From Candidatus Latescibacterota bacterium (GTDB lineage: Bacteria; Latescibacterota; UBA2968; UBA8231), in assembly GCA_965248355.1 (NCBI GenBank), contig OZ252098.1:4544001-4608000 (forward strand): a stretch of DNA of 64,000 nucleotides. The letters run 5' to 3'. Each line of letters starts with the position of its first letter. Positions within the stretch are counted from its first letter, which is position 1. The notes beneath the pieces were generated by a model. That model ran no database searches and was not told the origin of the DNA. It was given only the letters and a program-made list of their open reading frames with translations. A program made the translations under genes and the position numbers. Shown here piece after piece: positions 48,257 to 60,200 of the stretch.

Positions 48257-51200
48257 TCAGAAGGGAATTGACATACGCAGCAGCAGTCCGTGGTCGAACC
48301 GACCCGTTGTGCTTTCTCGCCTCTGGCCTTCCAATTCAAACGTCGCCGGCAGCGCGAGTTGGGGGCGAGCGGTCAGGCTCCAAGCGGTCCCCAAGGCGAG
48401 TTCACGACCCTGCCCTGCCCATCGCAGCCAGCTATAGGGCGTCAGCAGACCCGGCAAGCCCAGCGCCTTCATGCCGGCGTAAGCCACCTCGCCTTCCATC
48501 CGGTACCGGGACCCTATCCCCATCGCCCGCATCCCCGCTGGGCGCATGACGGCATCCGCGTTGTCCCACAGCGTTGTCCGTCCGCCGGCATCCTGGCCCC
48601 GCGAGGGCTTCACCGATACCCTGAACCCGCGCTGCTTCTCGCCCGGGTCCCAGCTTGCCTGCCCGCCCACTCCCCAGTTCCGGTAGTCGCTTTCATGCAC
48701 CACCAGCACCCGGCCGTGCAGCGCCACGTCCAGTCCAAGGTTCGCATCCAGGTACCCCAGACGGAAACCGGTCTCCACGCCGCTGCCCCGATCCGCATCG
48801 CCCCCATCGAAACGCCCGCCGGCCTCCGCCTTCAGGCTCAGTGATCCCCCCGCTGACAGCGCCTTGTCGTGCACCCATTCCAGCATCAACCGGCCCCGGT
48901 GGGCCTCGCCGCTCACCTTCGCGATGTCCTCCGAGGCGTCGGTCTCGAGTCGCGTCGTGATGGCATCCGCGCGCAGACCCCATTCACTGTCACCCCGCCT
49001 GTTCAACACCGCCCTCATTCCCCCAGCGAACATCCGAAAGTCGGCATCGAAGCCGTAAGTCCCGCCCGGCTCCGTGACATCCAATTGACCTACCCCCAAG
49101 CCGCCAATGCCCCACATGCTCATCCGTTCGCTCGGCTGCCAGTACAGATACGGGTGAACCGTGTTCATGCGACTTTCCAGCGCCCCATCTACTCCATCGT
49201 CGGTGTAATCCAGGTCCCCCCAGCCGCGCATGAAAGACAGCCCGGCGAGCATCCGCTCGTTGGCAGGGAGATCCAGCCCGACGTGAGCGGCTTGGAGACC
49301 TCCTCGATAGTCCATCCCGGTCCGCGTCAAGTCCCCGTTGAAGTGCCGCAGATCCCCCTGTCCCCACAACACCGGAACCCAGTTCGTCTGCTCTTCACTC
49401 TCTCCCGGGGACATCTCGAAGGAGACCCCCGACAGGCTGAGCTCTCGATCCCTCATCCCTGAGAAGTCCCCCGATCCCGGTCCCAGCGGCGCGTCTCCGA
49501 TTCCAGAAGCATTTTGTCGATCCTGCCCGTAGACTCTCCCACTCGGCTCCATACCGGAGCCGGGAGAGGCGCCCAAGTGCGTTTGGTCTGAGCGTACGAA
49601 GTTCCCCAACGAACCCAGCGAGAAACTCCGCAGCCACGATCCTGGCGTGCCTGTTTCCCGATTCTCCGAGTTCCAACCGGATCCGGTTGGAACTCTGGTC
49701 TTGGCGGTGCCCAGAGCGCTCTGCACCAAGGAGCCTTCCGATTCTCTGCCGCCGGCGTCCTCGCTGCCTGTCCGCTTTGAATCTCCCGGGCTCAGAGTCG
49801 TGGCGCTATTGTCCCTCCCCGGCTGCGGTGTCGGCATCGCGCCAACCGATGGCCTCGATCGACTTCGTTGGCGATGCCGCTCAAATCGATCCTCTATCGC
49901 CGCCTGCGCGCTCTCCCCCATCGAGCGCGCGATCACCGCTTCCATCACCTCCAGCGTTTGCGAGAACTGCTCCGCCATCCGCCGCTGCGCGAAATGCACC
50001 TGGGTCGCGGAGGGATCGCCCGCATTGACCGCTTCCGGCAACTCGCCCAGGCTCAGCACAATTCCCTCGCCGGGATCGTTCACTTCATCCGCCAGAACCG
50101 CTACGGGAATCGTCTCCTCACTCTCGCCTTCCCCGAACACCACCGACGCCGGCACCCCGCTATAGTCCTCGGGCGTCGTCCCGTTTTGGAACACCACCAC
50201 CAGCGGGACTTCCACTCGCCGGTTCGCCGCCGGCGACATCTTCATTTCGATGCCGGCCCGCTGGCCTTCCTTAACCTCGTACTCCGCCTGACCAAAACTC
50301 ACCTCCAGCACCACCCGGTCGTCGTCCACCAGCGTCACCGTCGTCGTCGCCGAGCTCCCCGCTCTGACATCCACGTCCCCGCTGGCCGGGTCGAGCGGCA
50401 CCGTCGTTTTCGCCTGGCTCCCCGCAGTGACATCCGCGGGCAGCGTGCCGAAGCGCAGCTCGACCGCCTCGTCATCGAGGTCCGCGTCGTCGATCGCCGT
50501 CACCGTGATCGTCTTCGCCTCATCCCCCACCGCAAAGACCACCTGCGTCGCCGACAGGGAAAAGTCCCCGCTCGCGGGCTCGGTCTTCAGCGGCACCGTC
50601 ACTTCCCGGTCCGCGGCCTGGTCCAGGGCCACCGTCACCGTGGCATCGTCGCCGTTCTCCGTGGCCGTGTAGGACGCCGCGGCGAACATCACCATCAGCG
50701 GCGCCCGGGGCGTCGCACTCACCGGGGCCGACGCCGCGCCGGTTCCCGAGGCGTTCAGCGCCCGCACCCTGAAGGTGTAGGCGGTGCCGTTGGTCAGACT
50801 CGTTACCGTGTGGCCGGTGGTGTCGGCGCCGCTGCCGCTGATCTCGATGTAGTCGCCCCCGTCGCGGCTCAGCTCATAGCCGCTGATGCTGCTGTTGCCG
50901 GGGTCGGTCCAGCTCAGGGCCACCTGCCCGTCACCCGGCGCCGCACTCAGCCCCGCCGGCGCCTCCGGCACCGCCAACGGCGTCGCACTCACCGCGGCCG
51001 ACGCCGCCCCGGTTCCTGAGGCGTTCACCGCCCGCACCCTGAACGTGTAGGCGGTGCCGTTGGTCAGACTCGTTACCGTGTGGCCGGTGGTGCCGGCGCC
51101 GCTGCCGCTGATCTCGATGTAGTCGCCCCCGTCGCTGCTCACCTGGTAGCCGCTGATGCTGCTGTTGCCCGGGTCGGTCCAGCTCAGGGCCACCTCCCCG

Positions 51201-54200
51201 TCACCCGGCGCCGCCCTCAGCGCCTCCGGCACCGCCGGCGCCGCCAACGGCGTCGCACTCACCGGGGCCGACGCCGCCCCGGTTCCCGAGGCGTTCAGCG
51301 CCCGCACCCTGAACGTGTAGGCGGTGCCGTTGGTCAGGCCCGTCACCGTGTAATCGGTCGTCTCGTCGTCGCTGCCGCTGATCGGGCTGTAGCTCGTGCC
51401 GTCGTCGCTGCTCACCTGGTAGCCGCTGATGCTGCTGTTGCCCGGGTCGGTCCAGCTCAAGGCCACCTCCCCGTCACCCGGCGCCGCACTCAGCCCCGCC
51501 GGCGCCTCCGGCACCGCCAGCGGCGTCGCACTCACCGGGGCCGACGCCGCCCCGGTTCCCGAGGCGTTCACCGCCCGCACCCTGAAGGTGTAGGCGGTGC
51601 CGTTGGTCAGACTCGTTACCGTGTGGCCGGTGGTGCCGGCGCCGCTGCCGCTGATCGTGTCGTAGGAACTGCCGTCGTCGCTGCTCACCTGGTAGTCGCT
51701 GATGCTGCTGTTGCCGGGGTCGGTCCAGCTCAGGGCCACCTCCCCGTCACCCGGCGCCGCCCTCAGCCCCGCCGGCGCCTCCGGCACCGCCAACGGCGTC
51801 GCACTCACCGCGGCCGACGCCGCCCCGGTTCCCGAGGCGTTCACCGCCCGCACCCTGAACGTGTAGGCGGTGCCGTTGGTCAGGCCCGTCACCGTGTAAT
51901 CGGTCGTCTCGTCGTCGCTGCCGCTGATCTCGATGTAGTCGCCCCCGTCGCGGCTCAGCTCATAGCCGCTGATGCTGCTGTTGCCGGGGTCGGTCCAGCT
52001 CAGGGCCACCTGCCCGTCACCCGGCGCCGCCCTCAGCCCCGCCGGCGCCGCCGGCACCGCCAGCGGCGTCGCACTCACCGGGGCCGACGCCGCCCCCTTC
52101 CCCGAGGCGTTCACCGCCCGCACCCTGAAGGTGTAGGCGGTGCCGTTGGTCAGACTCGTTACCGTGTGGCCGGTGGTGCCGGCGCCGCTGCCGCTGATCG
52201 TGTCGTAGGAACTGCCGTCGTCGCTGCTCACCTGGTAGCCGCTGATGGTGCTGTTGCCGGGTTCGGTCCAGCTCAGGGCCACCTGCCCGTCACCCGGCGC
52301 CGCACTCAGCCCCGCCGGCGCCTCCGGCACCGCCAGCGGCGTCGCACTCACCGGGGCCGACGCCGCCCCGGTTCCCGAGGCGTTCAGCGCCCGCACCCTG
52401 AAGGTGTAGGCGGTGCCGTTGGTCAGACTCGTTACCGTGTGGCCGGTGGTGCCGGCGCCGCTGCCGCTGATCGTGTCGTAGGAACTGCCGTCGTCGCTGC
52501 TCACCTGGTAGTCGCTGATGGTGCTGTTGCCGGGGTCGGTCCAGCTCAGGGCCACCTCCCCGTCACCCGGCGCCGCCCTCAGCCCCGCCGGCGCCTCCGG
52601 CACCGCCAACGGCGTCGCACTCACCGCGGCCGACGCCGCCCCGGTTCCCGAGGCGTTCAGCGCCCGCACCCTGAAGGTGTAGGCGGTGCCGTTGGTCAGA
52701 CTCGTTACCGTGTGGCTGGTGGTGCCGGCGCCGCTGCCGCTGATCGGGCTGTAGGAACTGCCGTCGTCGCGGCTCACCTGGTAGCCGCTGATGCTGCTGT
52801 TGCCCGGGTCGGTCCAGCTCAGGGCCACCTGCCCGTCACCCGGCGCCGCACTCAGCCCCGCCGGCGCCTCCGGCACCGCCAGCGGCGTCGCACTCACCGG
52901 GGCCGACGCGGCCCCGGTTCCCGAGGCGTTCACCGCCCGCACCCTGAAGGTGTAGGCGGTGCCGTTGGTCAGACTCGTTACCGTGTGGCCGGTGGTGCCG
53001 GCGCCGCTGCCGCTGATCGTGTCGTAGGAACTGCCGTCGTCGCTGCTCACCTGGTAGCCGCTGATGCTGCTGTTGCCGGGGTCGGTCCAGCTCAGGGCCA
53101 CCTGCCCGTCACCCGGCGCCGCACTCAGCCCCGCCGGCGCCTCCGGCACCGCCAGCGGCGTCGCACTCACCGGGGCCGACGCCGCCCCGGTTCCCGAGGC
53201 GTTCACCGCCCGCACCCTGAAGGTGTAGGCGGTGCCGTTGGTCAGACTCGTTACCGTGTGGCCGGTGGTGCCGGCGCCGCTGCCGCTGATCGTGTCGTAG
53301 GAACTGCCGTCGTCGCTGCTCACCTGGTAGCCGCTGATGCTGCTGTTGCCGGGGTCGGTCCAGCTCAGGGCCACCTGCCCGTCACCCGGCGCCGCCCTCA
53401 GCCCCGCCGGCGCCTCCGGCACCGCCAGCGGCGTCGCACTCACCGGGGCCGACGCGGCCCCGGTTCCCGAGGCGTTCAGCGCCCGCACCCTGAAGGTGTA
53501 GGCGGTGCCGTTGGTCAGACTCGTTACCGTGTGGCTGGTGGTGCCGGCGCCGCTGCCGCTGATCGGGCTGTAGGAACTGCCGTCGTCGCGGCTCACCTGG
53601 TAGCCGCTGATGCTGCTGTTGCCGGGGTCGGTCCAGCTCAGGGCCACCTGCCCGTCACCCGGCGCCGCACTCAGCCCCGCCGGCGCCGCCGGCACCGCCA
53701 GCGGCGTCGCACTCACCGGGGCCGACGCCGCCCCGGTTCCCGAGGCGTTCACCGCCCGCACCCTGAACGTGTAGGCGGTGCCGTTGGTCAGGCCCGTCAC
53801 CGTGTAATCGGTCGTCTCGTCGTCGCTGCCGCTGATCTCGATGTAGTCGCCCCCGTCGCTGCTCACCTCGTAGCCGCTGATGCTGCTGTTGCCCGGGTCC
53901 GTCCAGCTCAGGGCCACCTGCCCGTCACCCGGCGCCGCACTCAGCCCCGCCGGCGCCTCCGGCACCGCCAACGGCGTCGCACTCACCGCGGCCGACGCCG
54001 CCCCCTTCCCCGAGGCGTTCACCGCCCGCACCCTGAACGTGTATTCGGTGCCGTTGGTCAGGCCCGTCACCGTGTAATCGGTCGTCTCGTCGTCGCTGCC
54101 GCTGATCTCGATGTAGTCGCCCCCGTCGCTGCTCACCTCGTAGCCGCTGATGCTGCTGTTGCCCGGGTCCGTCCAGCTCAGGGCCACCTCCCCGTCACCC

Positions 54201-57200
54201 GGCGCCGCACTCAGCCCCGCCGGCGCCTCCGGCACCGCCAGCGGCGTCGCACTCACCGGGGCCGACGCCGCCCCGGTTCCCGAGGCGTTCACCGCCCGCA
54301 CCCTGAACGTGTAGGCGGTGCCGTTGGTCAGACTCGTTACCGTGTGGCCGGTGGTGCCGGCGCCGCTGCCGCTGATCGTGTCGTAGGAACTGCCGTCGTC
54401 GCTGCTCACCTGGTAGTCGCTGATGCTGCTGTTGCCGGGGTCGGTCCAGCTCAGGGCCACCTGCCCGTCACCCGGCGCCGCCCTCAGCCCCGCCGGCGCC
54501 TCCGGCACCGCCAGCGCCTCCGGCACCGCCAACGGCGTCGCACTCACCGCGGCCGACGCCGCCCCGGTTCCCGAGGCGTTCACCGCCCGCACCCTGAACG
54601 TGTAGGCGGTGCCGTTGGTCAGGCCCGTCACCGTGTAATCGGTCGTCTCGTCGTCGCTGCCGCTGATCGTGTCGTAGGAACTGCCGTCGTCGCTGCTCAC
54701 CTGGTAGCCGCTGATGGTGCTGTTGCCCGGGTCGGTCCAGCTCAGGGCCACCTGCCCGTCACCCGGCGCCGCCCTCAGCCCCGCCGGCGCCTCCGGCACC
54801 GCCAACGGCGTCGCACTCACCGGGGCCGACGCCGCCCCGGTTCCCGAGGCGTTCACCGCCCGCACCCTGAACGTGTAGGCGGTGCCGTTGGTCAGACTCG
54901 TTACCGTGTAATCGGTCGTCTCGTCGTCGCTGCCGCTGATCGTGTCGTAGGAACTGCCGTCGTCGCTGCTCACCTGGTAGCCGCTGATGCTGCTGTTGCC
55001 GGGGTCGGTCCAGCTCAGCGCCACCTCCCCGTCACCCGGCGCCGCCCTCAGCCCCGCCGGCGCCTCCGGCACCGCCAACGGCGTCGCACTCACCGCGGCC
55101 GACGCCGCCCCGGTTCCCGAGGCGTTCACCGCCCGCACCCTGAACGTGTAGGCGGTGCCGTTGGTCAGGCCCGTCACCGTGTAATCGGTCGTCTCGTCGT
55201 CGCTGCCGCTGATCTCGATGTAGTCGCCCCCGTCGCGGCTCAGCTCATAGCCGCTGATGGTGCTGTTGCCGGGTTCGGTCCAGCTCAGGGCCACCTGCCC
55301 GTCACCCGGCGCCGCCCTCAGCCCCGCCGGCGCCTCCGGCACCGCCAGCGGCGTCGCACTCACCGGGGCCGACGCCGCCCCCTTCCCCGAGGCGTTCACC
55401 GCCCGCACCCTGAAGGTGTAGGCGGTGCCGTTGGTCAGACTCGTTACCGTGTGGCCGGTGGTGCCGGCGCCGCTGCCGCTGATCGTGTCGTAGGAACTGC
55501 CGTCGTCGCTGCTCACCTGGTAGCCGCTGATGCTGCTGTTGCCGGGGTCGGTCCAGCTCAGGGCCACCTGCCCGTCACCCGGCGCCGCACTCAGCCCCGC
55601 CGGCGCCTCCGGCACCGCCAACGGCGTCGCACTCACCGCGGCCGACGCCGCCCCGGTTCCCGAGGCGTTCAGCGCCCGCACCCTGAACGTGTAGGCGGTG
55701 CCGTTGGTCAGACTCGTTACCGTGTGGCCGGTGGTGCCGGCGCCGCTGCCGCTGATCTCGATGTAGTCGCCCCCGTCGCTGCTCACCTGGTAGCCGCTGA
55801 TGCTGCTGTTGCCCGGGTCGGTCCAGCTCAAGGCCACCTCCCCGTCACCCGGCGCCGCACTCAGCCCCGCCGGCGCCTCCGGCACCGCCAGCGGCGTCGC
55901 ACTCACCGCGGCCGACGCCGCCCCGGTTCCCGAGGCGTTCACCGCCCGCACCCTGAACGTGTAGGCGGTGCCGTTGGTCAGGCCCGTCACCGTGTAATCG
56001 GTCGTCTCGTCGTCGCTGCCGCTGATCGGGCTGTAGCTCGTGCCGTCGTCGCTGCTCACCTGGTAGCCGCTGATGCTGCTGTTGCCGGGGTCGGTCCAGC
56101 TCAGGGCCACCTGCCCGTCACCCGGCGCCGCCCTCAGCCCCGCCGGCGCCTCCGGCACCGCCAGCGGCGTCGCACTCACCGGGGCCGACGCCGCCCCGGT
56201 CCCCGAGGCGTTCACCGCCCGCACCCTGAACGTGTAGGCGGTGCCGTTGGTCAGACTCGTTACCGTGTGGCCGGTGGTGCCGGCGTCGCTGCCGCTGATC
56301 TCGATGTAGTCGCCCCCGTCGCGGCTCACCTGGTAGCCGCTGATGCTGCTGTTGCCGGGGTCGGTCCAGCTCAAGGCCACCTGCCCGTCACCCGGCGCCG
56401 CACTCAGCCCCGCCGGCGCCGCCGGCACCGCCAACGGCGTCGCACTCACCGCGGCCGACGCCGCCCCGGTTCCCGAGGCGTTCAGCGCCCGCACCCTGAA
56501 CGTGTAGGCGGTGCCGTTGGTCAGACTCGTTACCGTGTGGCCGGTGGTGCCGGCGCCGCTGCCGCTGATCGTGTCGTAGGAACTGCCGTCGTCGCTGCTC
56601 ACCTGGTAGTCGCTGATGCTGCTGTTGCCGGGGTCGGTCCAGCTCAGGGCCACCTGCCCGTCACCCGGCGCCGCCCTCAGCCCCGCCGGCGCCTCCGGCA
56701 CCGCCAGCGGCGTCGCACTCACCGGGGCCGACGCGGCCCCGGTTCCCGAGGCGTTCAGCGCCCGCACCCTGAAGGTGTAGGCGGTGCCGTTGGTCAGACT
56801 CGTTACCGTGTGGCTGGTGGTGCCGGCGCCGCTGCCGCTGATCGGGCTGTAGGAACTGCCGTCGTCGCGGCTCACCTGGTAGCCGCTGATGCTGCTGTTG
56901 CCGGGGTCGGTCCAGCTCAGGGCCACCTGCCCGTCACCCGGCGCCGCACTCAGCCCCGCCGGCGCCGCCGGCACCGCCAGCGGCGTCGCACTCACCGGGG
57001 CCGACGCCGCCCCGGTTCCCGAGGCGTTCAGCGCCCGCACCCTGAACGTGTAGGCGGTGCCGTTGGTCAGGCCCGTCACCGTGTAATCGGTCGTCTCGTC
57101 GTCGCTGCCGCTGATCTCGATGTAGTCGCCCCCGTCGCTGCTCACCTCGTAGCCGCTGATGCTGCTGTTGCCCGGGTCCGTCCAGCTCAGGGCCACCTGC

Positions 57201-60200
57201 CCGTCACCCGGCGCCGCCCTCAGCCCCGCCGGCGCCTCCGGCACCGCCAACGGCGTCGCACTCACCGCGGCCGACGCCGCCCCCTTCCCCGAGGCGTTCA
57301 CCGCCCGCACCCTGAACGTGTATTCGGTGCCGTTGGTCAGGCCCGTCACCGTGTAATCGGTCGTCTCGTCGTCGCTGCCGCTGATCTCGATGTAGTCGCC
57401 CCCGTCGCTGCTCACCTCGTAGCCGCTGATGCTGCTGTTGCCCGGGTCCGTCCAGCTCAGGGCCACCTCCCCGTCACCCGGCGCCGCACTCAGCCCCGCC
57501 GGCGCCGCCGGCACCGCCAGCGGCGTCGCACTCACCGCGGCCGATGCCGCCCCCGTCCCCGAGGCGTTCACCGCCCGCACCCTGAACGTGTAGGCGGTGC
57601 CGTTGGTCAGATCGTCGACGGTGTGGCTGGTGGTGTTCGCGCCGCTGCCGCTGATCTCGATGTAGTCGCCCCCGTCGCTGCTCACCTCGTAGCCGCTGAT
57701 GCTGCTGTTGCCCGGGTCCGTCCAGCTCAGCGCCACCTCCCCGTCACCCGGCGCCGCACTCAGCCCCGACGGCGCCGCCGGCACCGCCAGCGGCGTCGCC
57801 GTCGCCGTCGCCGGCTCTCCGGTGCCCCTTACGTTCACCGCCCGCACCGCGAAGGTGTATTCGGTGCCGTTGGTCAGGCCCGTCTCCGTGTGGCCGGTGG
57901 TGCCGGCGCCGCTGCCGCTGATCGTGTCGTAGGAACTGCCGCCGTCGCTGCTGACCTGGTAGTCGCTGATCGTCGCGTTGCCCGGGTCCGTCCAGCTCAG
58001 CGCCACCTCCCCGTCACCCGGCGTCGCACTCAGCCCCGACGGCGCCGCCGGCAATTCCACATTCGTCACCGTGGGCGTCGCCCACACCCACGCCGCCGCC
58101 CCGTTAACCGCCCGCACCCCAAAGGTGTATTCGGTGCCGTTGGCCAGCCCGGTCACGATGTGCTCGGTGGTGGTGGCGTCGCTGGTGCTGATCGAGTTGT
58201 AGGAACTGCCCCCGTCGCTGCTCACCTCGTAGCCGCTGATGCTGCTGTTGCCCGGGTCCGTCCAGCTCAGCTCCACCTCCCCGTTGCCGACCTTCGCACC
58301 GAGATTCGTCGGCGCCGCAAACAGCGGCGTCGCACTCACCGCGGCCGACGCCGCCCCCGTCCCCGAGGCGTTCACCGCCCGCACCCTGAACGTGTAGGCG
58401 GTGCCGTTGGTCAGATCGTCGACGGTGTGGCTGGTGGTGTTCGCGCCGCTGCCGCTGATCTCGATGTAGTCGCCCTCGTCGCGGCTCACCTCGTAGCCGC
58501 TGATGCTGCTGTTGCCCGGGTCCGTCCAGCTCAGCGCCACCTCCCCGTCACCCGGCGTCGCACTCAGCCCCGACGGCGCCGCCGGCACCGCCAACGGCGT
58601 CGCACTCACCGCGGCCGACGCCGCCCCCGTCCCCGAGGCGTTCACCGCCCGCACCCTGAACGTGTAGGCGGTGCCGTTGGTCAGATCGTCGACGGTGTGG
58701 CTGGTGGTGTTCGCGCCGCTGCCGCTGATCGTGTCGTAGGAACTGCCGCCGTCGCTGCTGACCTGGTAGTCGCTGATCGTCGCGTTGCCCGGGTCCGTCC
58801 AGCTCAGCGCCACCTCCCCGTCACCCGGCGTCGCACTCAGCCCCGACGGCGCCGCCGGCACCGCCAACGGCGTCGCACTCACCGCGGCCGATGCCGCCCC
58901 CATCCCCGAGGCGTTCACCGCCCGCACCCTGAACGTGTAGGCGGTGCCGTTGGTCAGATCGTCGACGGTGTGGCTGGTGGTGTTCGCGCCGCTGCCGCTG
59001 ATCTCGATGTAGTCGCCCCCGTCGCTGCTCACCTCGTAGCCGCTGATGCTGCTGTTGCCCGGGTCCGTCCAGCTCAGCGCCACCTCCCCGTCACCCGGCG
59101 TCGCACTCAGCCCCGACGGCGCCGCCGGCACCGCCAGCGGCGTCGCCGTCGCCGTCGCCGGCTCTCCGGTGCCCCTTACGTTCACCGCCCGCACCGCGAA
59201 GGTGTATTCGGTGCCGTTGGTCAGGCCCGTCTCCGTGTGGCTGGTGGTGTTCGCGCCGCTGCCGCTGATCGTGTCGTAGGAACTGCCGCCGTCGCTGCTG
59301 ACCTGGTAGTCGCTGATCGTCGCGTTGCCCGGGTCCGTCCAGCTCAGCGCCACCTCCCCGTCACCCGGCGTCGCACTCAGCCCCGACGGCGCCGCCGGCA
59401 ATTCCACATTCGTCACCGTGGGCGTCGCCCACACCCACGCCGCCGCCCCGTTAACCGCCCGCACCCCAAAGGTGTATTCGGTGCCGTTGGCCAGCCCGGT
59501 CACGATGTGCTCGGTGGTGGTGGCGTCGCTGGTGCTGATCGAGTTGTAGGAACTGCCGCCGTCGCTGCTCACCTCGTAGCCGCTGATGCTGCTGTTGCCC
59601 GGGTCCGTCCAGCTCAGCTCCACCTCCCCGTTGCCGACCTTCGCACCGAGATTCGTCGGCGCCGCAAACAGCGGCGTCGCACTCACCATCGCCGCCACAC
59701 CGTTCGCCGGGCAGTTCACCGCCCGCACCGCAAAGCTATATTCGGTGCCGTTGCTCAGGCTGTCGACGATATGAGCGGTGGTGATGGCTATCGGGGTGTA
59801 ATTTGCGCCGTTGTCGCTGCTCACCTCATAGCCGCTGATGGCGGAGTTGCCTGGGTTGGTCCAGTTCAGCGTCACCTGCCCGTCGCCGACCGTCGCCGAC
59901 AGATCAGCCGGCGACGCAAACAGAGGCGTCTCTCTTACCGTGGCCGCCACACCGTTCACCGCCCGCACTGTAAACGGTTGCTCCGTGCCGCCGGCCAGTC
60001 CCGTTACCGTGTGCTCGGTGGTAGTGGCGCCGGTAGTGGCGCCGCTGTTGTCGATGGTGCTGTAGTTCGTGCCCCCGTCACTGCTGACCTCGTAGCCGGT
60101 GATGCTGCTGTCCCACGGGTTGTCCCAGGTCAGGGTCACCTGCCTACCACCCGGCGAGGCCTGGAGGCCCTTCGGCGCCGCAAACAGCGGCGTCTCCGTC

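Noticed and set aside
50705..59665. Repeat array as CRISPR or DGR
   Set aside because: 270-bp coding units with no unique spacers, no cas or reverse transcriptase gene, and variation not adenine-specific.
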